A stretch of 64,000 nucleotides of DNA from Eledone cirrhosa (lineage: Eukaryota), in the NCBI GenBank assembly GCA_964016885.1, contig OZ024757.1, positions 41,850,001-41,914,000 of the forward strand, written 5' to 3'. Positions 49,601-63,610 of the stretch are shown here, one piece after another; position 1 is the stretch's first letter; every line of letters begins with the position of its first letter. The notes under the pieces are model-generated. The model saw only the letters and a program-made list of their open reading frames with translations. It did not search any database and was not told the origin of the DNA. The translations under genes and the position numbers were made by a program.

Positions 49601-52600
49601 ATCATAAATGACTAAAACGTCATTAAAAATTGCTAAAATAACTAAACAGCATATTAAATGGCTAAAATGGCTAAAAAGGGATCATAAATGAGTTAAATGG
49701 CTAAAACGTCATCGTAAATGACTAAAACATCATCATAAATGGCTAGAACGTCGCCATAAAGGACTAAAATGTCCAAAAAGGCATCATAAATGAGTAAAAT
49801 GGCTAAAACGTCATCATAAATGACTAAAATGACAATAAAATAGCTAAAAAGGCTAATACGTCATCAGAAATGACTAAAAATGGCTAAAACTGCATCATAA
49901 ATGTCTAAAATGGCTAATACGGCATCATAAATGTCTAAAATGGCCAAAAAGGCATCATAAATGAGTAAAATAGCTAAAAATCATCATAAATGACTAAAAC
50001 GTCATTAAAAATGACTAAAACAGCATATTAACTGGCTAAAATGGCTAAAAAGGCATCATAAATGAGTAAAATAGCTAAAACATCATCATAAATGACTAAA
50101 ACGTCATTAAAAATGACTAAAGCAGCATATTAACTGGCTAAAACGGCATCATAAATGGCGGAATAAACTCTGAAATGGCCAAAACGGCATCATAAATGAG
50201 TAAAATGCCCAAAACCTCATCATAAATGACTAAAATGGCCAAAAAGGCATCATAAATGAGTAAAATGGCTAAAAAAGCTAATACGTCATCAGAAATGACT
50301 AAAAATGGCTAAAACTGCACCATAAACGTATAAAATCGCTAAAACGGCATCATAATTGAATAAAATGGCCAAAAAGGCATCGTAAATGAGTAAAATAGCT
50401 AAAACATCATCATAAATGCCTAAAACGTCATCGTAAATGACTAAAACATCATCATAAATGGCTAGAACGGCTAAAATGGCATCATAAATGAGTAAAATGC
50501 CCAAAACGTCATCATAAATGACTAAAACGTCGCCATAAATGACTGAAATGTCCAAAAAGGCATCATAAATGAGTAAAATGGCTAAAACGTCATCATAAAT
50601 GACTAAAATGACAATAAAATGGCTAAAAAGGCTAATACGTCATCAGAAATAACTAAAACATCATCATAAATGAATAAAATGGCTAAAACTGCATCATAAA
50701 CGGCTAAAATCGCTGAAACGGCATCATAAATGAGTAAAATAGCTAAAGCATCATCATAAATGACTAAAACATCATTAAAAATGACTAAAACAGCATATTA
50801 ACTGGCTAAAATGTCTAAAACGGCATCATAAATGAGTAAAATGCACAAAACGTCATCATAAATGACTAAAATGGCAAAAAAGGCATCATAAATGAGTAAA
50901 ATGCCCAAAACGTCATGTTTTAGCTATTTTTCTCATTTATGATGCCTTTTTGGCCATTTTAGTCACTTATTATGCCGTTTTAGCCATTTTAGACATTTAT
51001 GATGCAGTTTTAGCCATTTTAAGCCATTTTACACATTTATGATGCCTTTTTGAACATTTTAGTCATTTATGGCGTCGTTTTAGTCATTTATGATGATGTT
51101 TTGGGCATTTTACTCATTTATTATGCCGTTTAGAGTATTTTATGATGACGTTTTAGTCATTTACGATGACGTTTTAGCCATTTAACTCATTTATGATGTC
51201 TTTTTAGCCAGTTAATATGCTGTTTTAGTCATTTTTAATGACGTTTTAGTCATTTATGATGATGCTTTAGCTATTTTACTCATTTATGATGCCCTTTTGG
51301 CCATTTTAGTCATTTATGATGCAGTTTTAGACATTTTAGCCAGTTAATATGCATTTTACTCATTTATTATGCCGTTTAGAGTATTTTCTGATGACGTTTT
51401 AGTCATTTACGATGACGTTTTAGCCATTTAACTCATTTATGATGTCTTTTTAGCCATTTTAGACAGTTAATATGCTGTTTTAGTCATTTGTAATGACGTT
51501 TTAGTCATTTATGATGATGTTTTAGCTATTTTACTCATTTATGATGCCTTTTTGGCCATTTTAGTCATTTATGATGCAGTTTTAGTCATTTTTAGTCATT
51601 TCTGATGACGTATTAGCCTTTTTAGCCATTTTATTGTCATTTTAGTCATTTATGATGACGTTTTAGCCATTTTACTCATTTATGATGCGTTTTTGAACAA
51701 TTTAGTCATTTATGGCGACGTTTTAGTCTTTTATGATGACGTTTTGTGCATTTTACTCATTTATGATGCCGTTTTAGACATTTTAGCCAGTTAATATGCT
51801 GTTTTAGTCATTTTTAATGACGTTTTAGTCATTTATGATGATGTTTTAGCTATTTTACTCATTTATGATGCCTTTTTGGCCATTTTATTCAATTATGATG
51901 CCGTTTCAGCGATTTTAGACATATATGATGCAGTTTTAGCCATTTTTAGTCATTTATGATGACGTTTTAGTCATTTCTGATGACGTATTAGCTTTTTTCG
52001 CCATTTTACTCATTTATGATGCCTTTTTGGCCATTTTAGTCATTTATGGCGACGGTTTAGTCATTTATGATGAGGTTTTGGGCATTTGACTCATTTATGA
52101 TGCCGTTTTGGCCATTTCAGAGTTTATTTAGCCATTTATGATGCCGTTTTAGACATTTAAGTCATTTATGATGCTGTTTTAGCCATTTTAGTCTTTAATA
52201 ACGAATTTTTCGTCATTTATGATGAGATTTTAGCCAATTTACTCACTTATGATGCGTTTTTGAACAATTTAGTCATTTATGGCGACGTTTTAGTCTTTTA
52301 TGATGACGTTTTGTGCATTTTACTCATTTATGATGCGTTTTAGACTTTTTTAGCAGTTAATATGCATTTTTAGCATTTATGATGAGGTTTTAGTCATTTA
52401 AGATGAGTTTTAGCATTTAATTTATTTATGCGTTAATTTTNNNNNNNNNNNNNNNNNNNNNNNNNNNNNNNNNNNNNNNNNNNNNNNNNNNNNNNNNNNN
52501 NNNNNNNNNNNNNNNNNNNNNNNNNNNNNNNNNNNNNNNNNNNNNNNNNNNNNNNNNNNNNNNNNNNNNNNNNNNNNNNNNNNNNNNNNNNNNNNNNNNN

Positions 52601-55600
52601 NNNNNNNNNNNNNNNNNNNNNNNNNNNNNNNNNNNNNNNNAACGTTTTAGTCATTTCTGATGACGTATTAGCCTGTTTAGCCATTTTACTCATTGATGAT
52701 GAGGTTTTGGGCATTTTGCTCATTTATGATGCCGTTTTTGCCATTTCAGAGTTTATTTAGCCAATTATTATGCCATTTTAACCATTTAATATGCTGTCTT
52801 AGTCATTTTAGTCATTTATGATGACGTTTTAGTCATTTATGATGATGTTTTAGCTATTTTATTCATTTATGATGCCTTTTTGGCAATTTTAGTCATGTAT
52901 GATGTCGTTTTAGCCATTTTACTCATTTATGATGCTTTTGGGCCATTTTAGTCATTTATGGCGAGGTTTTAGTCATTTATGATGAGGTTTTGGGAATTTT
53001 TCTCATTTATGATGCCGTTTTTAGCCATTTCAGAGTCAATTTAGCCATTTACGATGGCGTTTCAGCCATTTCAGTCATTTATGTAGCTGTTTTATCCATT
53101 TTAGACATTTATAATGACGTTTAAGTCATTTATTATGACGATTTAGCCATTTTAAACCATTCATGATGCCCTTTTTGGCCATTTTAGACATTTATCATGC
53201 CGTTTTATTAATCATAAATGACTAAAACGTCATCATAAATGGCTATAAAGGCATCATATATGAGTAAAATGGCTAAAACATCATCGTAAATGACTAAAAC
53301 GGGTAAAACGGCATCATAAATGAGTAAAATGCCCAAAACGTCATCATAAATGACTAAATGGCTTAAAAGGCATAATAAATGAGTAAAATGCGCTAAAACG
53401 TCATTCATAAATGACAAAAATGACTCTAAAAAGCCTAATACGTCATCATAAATGACTAAAAATGGCCCAAAAGGCATCATAAATGAGTAAAACATCATTA
53501 TAAATGGCTAAAACGACATCATAAATGGCTAAAACGGCATCATAAATGACTAAAAATGGCTAAAATTGCATCATAAATGTCTAAAATGGCTTCATAAATG
53601 ACTAATATGGCCAGAAATGCATCATAAATGAGTAAAATCGCTAAAACGTCATCATAAATGACTAAAACGGCATCATAAATGACTAAAAATGGCTAAAACT
53701 GCATCATAAATGTCTAAAATGGCTTCATAAATGACTAAAATGGCCAGAAATGCATCATAAATGAGTAAAATCACTAAAACGTCATCATAATCGTCTAAAA
53801 TAGAGAAAAAAGCATCATAAATAAGTTAAAATGGCTAAAACCGTGATCGTCAATGACTAAAACGTCATCATAAATGACTAAAAAATGGCTAAAACTGCAT
53901 CATAAATGTCTAAAATGGCTTATAAAACGGCATCATAAAATGAATATAAATGGCCAAAAAAGGCATCATAAATGAGTAAAATAGCTAAAACATCATCATA
54001 AATGACTAAAACGTCATTAAAAATGACTAAAATGATTAAAACAGCATATTAAATGGCTAAAATGGCATCAATAAATGACTAAAACGTCATCATGAATGAC
54101 TAAAAAATGGCTAAAACTGCATCATAAGTGTCTAAAATGGCAAAAAGGCATCATAAATCAGTAAAATAGCTAAAACATCATCATAAATGACTTAAACGTC
54201 ATCATAAATGAGTAAAAATGGCTAAAACTGCATTATAATTGTCTAAAATGGCGAAAAAAGCATCATAACTAAGTAAAATGGCTAAAACGTGATCGTCAAT
54301 GACTAAAACGTCATCATAAATGACTAAAAAATGGCTAAAACTGCATCATAAATGTCTAAAATGGCGTAAAACGGCATCATAAATGAATAAAATGGCCAAA
54401 AAGGCATCATAAATGAGTAAAATAGCTAAAACATCATCATAAATGACTAAAAACGTCATTAAAAATGACTAAAATGATTAAAACAGCATATTAAATGGCT
54501 AAAATGGCATCATAAATGACTAAAACGTCATCATGAATGACTAAAAATGGCTAAAACTGCATCATAAGTGTCTAAAATGGCAAAAAGGCTTAATCAAATC
54601 AGTAAAATAGCTAAAACATCATCATAAATGACTTAAACGTCATCATAAATGAGTAAAAATGGCTAAAACTGCATTATAATTGTCTAAAATGGCGAAAAAA
54701 AGCAGTCATAAATAAGTAAAATGGCTAAGAAACGTGATCGTCAATGACTAAAACGGCTTAAAACGGCATCATAAATGAGCTAAAATGATCAAAACCTCAT
54801 CATAAATGACTAAAACCGTCGCCATAAATGACCTAAAATGGCCAAAAAGGCATCATAAATGAGTAAAATAGCTAAAGCATCATCATAAATGACTAAAACG
54901 TCATTGAAAATGACTAAAATGACTAAAACAGCAAATAACTGGATAAAACGGCATCATAAATGACTAAAATGGCCAAAAAGGCCTCATAAATGAGTAAAAT
55001 GGCTAAAACGTCATTATAAATGATAAAAATGACCCTAAAAAGGCTAATTACGTCATCATAAATGACTAAAAATGCCGGAAAGAGCATCATAAATGAGTAA
55101 AACGTCATTCTGAATGACTAAAATGGCTAAAACGTCATCATAATGACTTTAATGGATAAAACGGCATCAGAAATGGCTAAAATGGCCAAAAAAGCATCAT
55201 AAATGATTAAAAATGGCTAAAACGTCATCATGAATGACTAAAACGTCACATAAATGACTAAAATGGCTAAAATAATAGCATCATAAATGATTTAAATGGC
55301 TAAAACCGCATCGTAAATGGCTAAATAAACTCTGAAATAGCTAAAACGCCATCATAAATGAGTAAAATTGGCTAAAAACGTCATCATAAATGATAAAAAT
55401 GACCCTAAAAGGCTAATACGTCATCATAAATGACTAAAATGGGTAAAACAGCATCATAAATGGCTAAATAAACTCTGAAATGGCTAAAACGGCATCATAA
55501 ATGAGTAAAATGCCCAAAACCTCATCATAAATGACTAAAACGACGCCATAAATGACTAAAACGGCCAAAAAGGCATCATAAATGAGTAAAATGGCTAAAA

Positions 55601-58600
55601 TGTCATCATAAATGACTAAAACGTCATCATAAATGGCTAAAATGGCGGAAAAGGCATCATAAAGGAGTAAAATGTTCCAAAAAGGCATCATAAATGAGTA
55701 AAATAGCTAAAACATCATCATAAATGACTAAAACGTCATTAAAAATGACTAAAATGATTAAAAGAGCATATTAAATGGCTAAAATGGCATCATAATGACT
55801 AAAACGTCATTATGAATGACTAAAACTGCATCATAAGTGTCTAAAATGGCTAAAAGGCATCATAAATGAGTAAAATAGCTAAAACATCATCATAAATGAG
55901 TAAAAATGGCTAAAACTGCATTATAATTGTCTAAAATGGCGAAAAAGCATCATAAATAAGTAAAATGGCTAAAACGTGATCGTCAATGACTAAAACGGCT
56001 AAAACGGCATCATAAATGAGTAAAATGATCAAAACCTCATCTATAAATGACTAAAACGTCGCCATAAATGACTAAAATGGCCAAAAGGCATCATAAATGA
56101 GTAAAATAGCTAAAGCATCATCATAAATGACTAAAACGTCATTGAAAAATGACTAAAATGACTAAAACATCATTTAACTGGATAAAACGGCATCATAAAT
56201 GACTAAAATGGCCAAAAAGGCATCATAAATGAGTAAAATGGCTAAAACGTCATCATAAATGATAAAAATGACCCTAAAAAGGCTAATACGTCATCATAAA
56301 TGACTAAAAAATGGCCGGAAAGGCATCATCAAATGAGTAAAACGTCTTTATGAATGACTAAAATGGCTAAAACGTCATCATAAATGACTCAAATGGATAA
56401 AACGGCATCAGAAATGGCTAAATAAACTCTGAAATGGCGAAAAAGGCATCATAAATGAGTTAAATGGCTAAAACTCATCATAAATGACTAAAACGTCATC
56501 ATAAATGGCAAAAATAGCGAAAAAGGCATCATAAATGAGTAAAATGGCTAAAACGTCATCATAAAATTACTAAAACGGCATCATAAATGAGTAAAATGCC
56601 CAAAACGTCATCATAAATGACTAAAAATGGCTAAAGCTGCATCATAAATGACTAAAATGGCCAAAAAAGCATCATAAATGATTAAAATGGCTAAAACGTC
56701 ATCATGAATGACTAGAAACGTCACATAAATGACTAATAATAGCATCATAAATGATTTAATATGGCTAAAACCGCATCGTAAATGGCTAAATAAACTCTGA
56801 AATGGCTAAAAACCCATCATAAATGAGTAAAATGGCTAAAACGTCATCATAAATTGATAAAAATGACCCTAAAAGGCTAATACGTCATCATAAATGACTA
56901 AAATGGGTAAAAACGGCATCATAAATGGCTAAATAAACTCTGAAATGGCTAAAACGGCATCATAAATGAGTAAAATGCCCAAAACCTCATCATAAATGAC
57001 TAAAACGGCCAAAAAGGCATCATAAATGAGTAAAATGGCTAAAATGTCATCATAAATGACTAAAACGTCATCATAAATGGCTAAAATGGCGGAAAAGGCA
57101 TCATAAAGGAGTAAAATGTTCCAAAAAGGCATCATAAATGAGTAAAATGACTAAAACGTCATCATAAATGACTAAAACGGCATCATAAATTGGCTAATAT
57201 TGACTCTGAAATGGCGAAAAAGGCAACATAAATGAGTTAAATGGTCAAAACGTCATCGTAAATGACTAAAACGTCACTATAAACTGACTAAAACGTCATC
57301 ATAAATCACTAAAACAGATAAATCGGCATCATAAATGAGTAAAATGTCCAAAACGTCATCATGAATGACCTAAAATGTCGTCATAAATGACTAAAATGGC
57401 TAACGCGGTATAATAAATATGTAAAAAGACCCAAAACGTCATCATAAATGACTAAAATGGCTAAAACGGTAACATAAATGACTAAAACGACTCTAAAATA
57501 GCCCAAAAGGCATCATAAATGAATAAAATGGCTAAACCTTCATCATAAATGACTAGAAATGGCTAAAACGGCATCATGAATGACTAAAATGGCCAAAGAG
57601 GCATCATAACTGTAAAATAGCTAAAACGTTATCATAAATGACTGAAACATCATCATAAATGACTAAAATGGCTAAAACAGCATCATAAATGACTTAAATG
57701 GCGAAAACGGCATCATAAATGGCTAAAACGTCATCATAAATGACTAAAATGGCTAACACGGTATCATAAATGACTAAAACGTCATCATAAATATCTAAAA
57801 TGGCTAAAACGGCATCATAAATGAGTAAAATGCCCAAAACGTCATCGTAAATGACTAAAACGTCATCATAAATGATTAAAACGTCATCATAAATGACTAA
57901 AATGGCGAAAAAGGCATCATAAATGAGTTAAATGTCTAAAACGTCAACGTAAATGACTAAAACGGCATCATATATAGTAAAATGCACAAAACGACATCAT
58001 AAATGACTAAAAAGTCGTCATAAATGAGTAAAATGCCCAAAACGTCATCATAAATGACTAAAACGGTATATAAATGAGTAAAATGGCTTAACCTTCATCA
58101 TAAATGACTAAAACGTCATTATAAATGAATATAATGGCTAAAACGGCATCATAAATGAGTAAAATGGCTAAAACATCATCATTAATGACTAAAGTCACTC
58201 TAAAATGTCTAAAAAGTCAAATACGTCATAAATGACTAAAACGTCATCATAAATGAATAAAACGTCACCATAAATGACTATAACGGCATCATAAATGAGT
58301 AAAATGCCCAAAACGTCATCATAAATGATTAAAACGTCATTATAAACGTCTAAAATGGCTAAAACAGCATCATAAATGACTGAAATGGCTAAAACGGCAT
58401 CATAAATGAGTAAAATGCCCAAAACGTCATCATAAATGATTAAAACGTCATCATAAATGAGTAAAATGGCTAAAACATCATCATAAATGGCTAAAAAGGC
58501 TAATCCGTCATCATAAATGACTAAAGATGGCTAAAATGGCATCATGTCTCAAACGGCATCGTAAATTACTAAAATGGCCTAAAAGGCATCAAAAATGAGT

Positions 58601-61195
58601 AAAGTGGCTAAAGCATCATCATAAATGACTAAAACGTCATCATAAATGGCTAAAAAGGAATTATAAGTGAGTAAAATGCCCAAAACGTCATCACAAATGA
58701 CTAAAACGTCGTCATAAAGGACTAAAACGACATCATAAATCAGTAAAATGCCCAAAACGTCATCATAAATGACTGAAACGTAATTATAAATGAATAAAAT
58801 GGCTAAAACAGCATCATAAATGACTTAAATAGCTAAAACGGCATCATAAATGAGTAAAATAGCTAAAACGTCATCATAAATGACTAACATGACTCTAAAA
58901 TGCCTAAAAAGGCTAATAGGTCATCTTAAATGACTACAACGGCATCATAAATTACTAAAATGGCCAAAAAGGCATCATAAATGAGTAAAATGCCTAAAAC
59001 GTCATCATAAATGATTAAAACGTCATCATAAATGACTAAAACGTCATCATAAATGTGTAATATGGCTAAAACGTCATCATAAATGACTAAAATGGCTAAA
59101 AGGCTAAAACGTCATCAGAAATGGCTAAAATGGCATCATGTCTAAAACGGCATCGTAAATCACTAAAATGGCCTAAAAGGCATCAAAAATGACTTAAATG
59201 GCTAAAACGTCATCATAAATGGCTAAAACGGCATTAAAAATGAGTAAAATGCCCAAAACGTCATCACAAATGACTAAAACGTCGTCATATTGACTAAAAT
59301 GGCCAAAAAGGCATCATAAATTAGGAAAATGGCTAAAACATTATCATAAATGACTAAAATGACTCTAAAATGGATAAAAAGGCTAATACATCATCATAAA
59401 TGACTAAAAATGGCTAAAACGGCATAATAAATGACTAAAATATCCAAAAAGGCATAATAAATGAGTAAAATGGCTAAAACGTCATCATAATTGACTAAAA
59501 CGTCATCATAAATGACTAAAATGGCATCATAAATGAGTAAAATGCTCAAAACGTCATCATAATTGACTAAAATGGTTAAAGCGGCATCATAAATGACTAA
59601 ATTGACGCTAAATTGGCTAAAAAAGCTAATACGTCATCATAAAAGACTAAAACGTCATCATAAATGATTAAAACCTCATCATAAATGACTAAAACGGCAT
59701 CATAAATGACTAAATTGACTCTGAAATGGCTAAAACGGCATCATAAATGACTAAAATTACTCTAAAATGTCCAAAGAGGCATCATAAATGAGTAAAATGG
59801 CTAAAACGTCATCATAAACGACTAAAACGGCATCATAAATGTGTAAATGATGACGTTTTAGTCATTTATGATGACGTTTTAGCCATTTTACTCATTCATG
59901 AGTTTTAGCAATTTTTGAGTCATTTTACTAATTTATGATGCCGTTTTAGCCATTTATGATGGCTTTTTAATTATTTATAATGCCGTTTTAGCCATTTATG
60001 ATGCTGTTTTAGCCATTTTAGTTATTTATGATGCCGTTTTAGAGTCATTTTATTCATTTATGATACCGTTTTAGTCATTTTAGTCATTTATGATGGCGTT
60101 TTCGTCATTTTAGTCATTCATGATACTGTTTTAGCCATTTTAGTCATTTATGATGACGTTTTAGCCATTTTACTCATTTAGCATGCCTTTTTAGCCGTTT
60201 TAGCCATTTTCATCATTTGTGATGAGGTTTTAGCCCTTTTCCTCATTCATGGTGCCGTTTTAGCCATTTTTGAGTCATTTTAGTAATTTATGATGCCGTT
60301 TTACCCCTTTTAGTTATTCATGATGACGTTTTAATAATTTATTATGCCGTTTCAGCCATTTTAGAGTGAATTTAGCCATTTATGATGCCGATTTAGCCAA
60401 TTTAGTCATTTGTGATGGCGCTTTGGCCATTTTACTCATTTATGATGCCGTTTTAGTCATTTATGATGAAGCTTTATTCATTTATGATGACGTTTTAGTC
60501 ATTTATGACGACGTTCTAGCCATTTTACTCATTTATGATGCCTTTTTGGCCATTTTACTCATTTATGATGACGTTTTGGCCATTTTAGTCACTTATGATG
60601 ACGTTTTAGCCATTTTAATCAATTATGATGCCATTTCAGCCATTTATACTCATTTTAGTCATTTATGATGCCGTTTTAGACATTATACATATTTATGATG
60701 ACGTTTTAGCCATTTTACTCATTTATAATGCCTTTTTAGCCCTCTTAGTCATTTATGATGCCTATTTAGCCATTTTAGTCATTTATGATGATGTTTTAGC
60801 CATTTTACTCATTTATAATGACGTTTTAGTAATTTATGATGACGCTTTAGCCATTTTAGTCATTCATGACGCTGTTTTAGTCATTTATGATGTTTTAGTA
60901 ATTTATGATGCCGTTTTAGCCATTTTAAAGTCAATATAGCCATTTATGATGCCGTTTTAGTCATTTAAGATGACGTTTTACTCATTTATGATGCCTTTTC
61001 AGCCATTATGATGCCGTTTTAGCCATTTTAATCATTTATGATGACGTTTTAGTCATTTATAATGCCGTTTTAGCCATTTTAGAGTGAATTTAGCCATTTA
61101 TGATGCCGTTTTAGCCATTTTATTCCTTTATGATGCCGATTTAGCCATTTATGATGACGTTTTAGTCATTTATGATGACGTTTTAGCGATTTTCT
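31609..61195. repeat. ~29.6-kb complex satellite of 21/30/39-bp modules with alternating orientation
   Basis: Modules ATTTATGATGACGTTTTAGTC (21 bp) and ATTTATGATGCCGTTTTAGCCATTTTAGTC (30 bp), plus extra 9-bp ATTTTAG(C/T)C units. Both strands are used in alternating blocks. Confidence 0.98.
52441..52640. other. Assembly gap (200 N)
   Basis: Run of 200 N. Flanking satellite shows many 1-bp indels, consistent with low-quality contig ends. Confidence 0.99.
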
Positions 61196-61328
61196 TCCAT
61201 GCCATAACTACTTACATATTCAATACTACCAAATTATACAAAATAAATTAAATATTTTACAAACCTTAATTAAAAGTTTTTTTCCAGCATAGTTACGTAA
61301 GTATAATTAATTACATTATTATCAGAAG

Positions 61329-61525
61329 GGCGGTGGATTGGCAGTATCGGTAGAGAGTCGGACGCCATGCTTTCCAGCATAGTTACGTCCCTTTACGATC
61401 TGAGTTCAAATCCCGCCGAGGTTGACTTTGCCTTTCATCCTTACAGGGTCGATAAAATAAAGTACCAGTAATACACTGGGTAATTGCTGGCCTTGTGCCT
61501 AAAGTAGAAACAATTATTATCATAA
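61329..61525 (+). mobile_element. tRNA-derived SINE (MetaSINE-like core), full length
   Basis: GGCGGTGGATTGGCAGTATCGGTAGAG...GAGTTCAAATCCCGCCGAGGTTGACTTTGCCTTTCATCC...ATTATTAT. Confidence 0.9.
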
Positions 61526-61542
61526 TAATCAGTAGAAAACCT

Positions 61543-61855
61543 AGGGGTCAGTAGGTCCTTTTCCCATCTCAAAGGTTAGTAACTCCCTCTAAGGAGTCAA
61601 GAGCCTATGTGAGAGGTCAATAACTCCCCTGAAATTTTCAGAGGTCAGTCTGGGTTGACCTACCCAACCATTGCTAACAGGGAAAACATTCTAAGAGGTC
61701 GGTAGCTCCCCTGTCCATATGAAGTAAGTAGCTCACCTGTCCATCTGAGAGGTCAGTAGCTCCCCTGTCCATCTGAGAGGTCAGTAAGTCCCCTGCCGAT
61801 CTCAGAGGTCAGTAAGTCCCCTGTCCATCTAAGTGGTCAATAACTCCCCTGTTCA
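61543..61855. repeat. Degenerate 28-bp tandem repeat
   Basis: GAGGTCAGTAGCTCCCCTGTCCATCTGA at 61749, 61777 and 61805, with more diverged copies on either side. Confidence 0.8.
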
Positions 61856-62425
61856 CCATGTAAGTGTTCACCCAGTCTGTCATGGCCAACCTAACCCAGC
61901 AGAGAAACCATTAAAACATTAAAATGATGACAATGATGATGATTAAAAAAAAATCAAGGTAAAATAAAAACAAAACAATATTAAAAACAGATACCATTTC
62001 TTTTTTTTTTTTAGTTTGAGGTTTATTTATTTATTTATCTAATTTGCAAAATTTGACTTTTTACATCATATGGTAATATTTTTGAAAAAAAAAAAAATTC
62101 TGGTTCATAAAATAATTTTTTCTTTACGTTTGTCCATTAATCAATGCAAGCAAAGATAAAAAAAAAAAAGTTCCATATCATTTTTATCACACATAGCATT
62201 GATTAAATTCTTCTGATTGCTGGCTACCATTTTAATTTGGTCTATATTACACAGCAGTCTGTTGGAGACATGTTTGTTATAACTAGGCAGGTTCAATTAT
62301 TGCAGGCTAGCATGGAGTTTGTTTTCTCTTCTCTCTCACTCCTTGCTTTATAAACTCTACAATAACTACTACTGAAATAAGACTGGCTTCACAGCTGGAC
62401 AAATATACTTGGGCTGGAATAGAGT

Positions 62426-62636
62426 CAGACCTGTCAACTCTCTCCTGCCCCAACAGGGGAGATCTCTCACCCACTTTGAAGTGGGTGACAGATGTCTTCT
62501 CTTGTGAAAATGGGTATAGTTTTCATTATGTAAAAATCTCCCCATTTTGCCTCATTTCTCCCCGTTTTGGGGCACTTTTTTTCATGGTACTCCCCGTTTC
62601 AGTTCTTTGGGGTTGGCAGGTTTGTATATATATATA

Positions 62637-62706
<70 letters not shown>

Positions 62707-62739
62707 GATGTGTGTGAATGTATGATATATACATATGTG

Positions 62740-62779
<40 letters not shown>

Positions 62780-63019
62780 CCTGTCGACTCTCCCCATCCA
62801 ACAGGGAGATCTCCCATCCACTTCAGCATGGATGAGAGATGTCTTCTCTTGTGAAAATGGGTATAGCATTCATTATATAAAATCTCCCCATTTTGGTTTC
62901 AGGGGTTGGCAGGTCCATGTATAGATGTGTGTGTATATATAATATATATATTTGTGGGTGTATACAGACTTGCCAATTTAAAATCTCCCTGTTTGGGTTT
63001 TCAGAGGTTGGCAGGTCTG
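62426..63019. mobile_element. Cluster of three related MITEs (62426-62624, 62776-62917, 62965-63019) with CAGACCTGCCAAC-type TIRs
   Basis: Each starts CAGAC(C/T)TG(T/C)C(A/G)A and ends GTTGGCAGGT plus TTG, CCA or CTG. All share internal AAAATCTCCC. Superfamily uncertain. Confidence 0.8.
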
Positions 63020-63189
63020 TAGAGTGGGGCAGGAGAGGATTGCTTTTGGATATTTTAATGTTATATAAAACAAATCCTGGTTTTACTTCAAGTGGGGGAA
63101 GGAATACAAAATATGACAACGAAATCAAGAACAAACAACCAAGTGTTGTTGTTCTTCTTCTTGTTGCTTATATGAATTTAGTGGCTTAA

Positions 63190-63610
63190 CCCTTTAGCAT
63201 TTACATTACTCTATATATACTATAGTATTTTACCTCACATAATATCTCACATAACATTTACATTACTCTATATATACTATAGTATTTTACCTCACATAAT
63301 ATCTCACATAACATTTACATTACTCTATATATACTAAAGTATTTTACCTCACATAATATCTCACATAACATTTACATTACTCTATATATACTATAGTATT
63401 TTACCTCACATAATATCTCACATAACATTTACATTACTCTATATATACTATAGTATTTTACCTCACATAATATCAAATCTATAAGATTTTGATATTATTT
63501 ACTTTGAGAGCAATACTTTTATATCAGTATGAGTGGCCAGTTACAGCCGGTTTATACAGAAAGAGGCGAGAGAATTCTGGCCAGTTGCAGCTGGTTTAAA
63601 TGCTAAAGGG
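63190..63610 (+). mobile_element. Complete piggyBac-type MITE with internal 57-bp tandem array
   Basis: TTAA|CCCTTTAGCATTTA ... TAAATGCTAAAGGG|TTAA, i.e. a 14-bp perfect TIR with TTAA TSD. The 57-bp units start at 63198, 63255, 63312, 63369 and 63426. Confidence 0.93.

Noticed and set aside
34643-52665. CTGATGA occurrences in the large satellite as hammerhead cores
   Set aside because: They are single-base variants of TTATGATGA, with no GAAA or helix III partner.
52433-52723. ORF spanning X residues
   Set aside because: Artefact of the 200-N gap.
35200-60939. IYDDVLAILL-repeat ORFs as a real gene
   Set aside because: Short, frequently frameshifted, switching strand with the satellite, and without unique flanking coding sequence.
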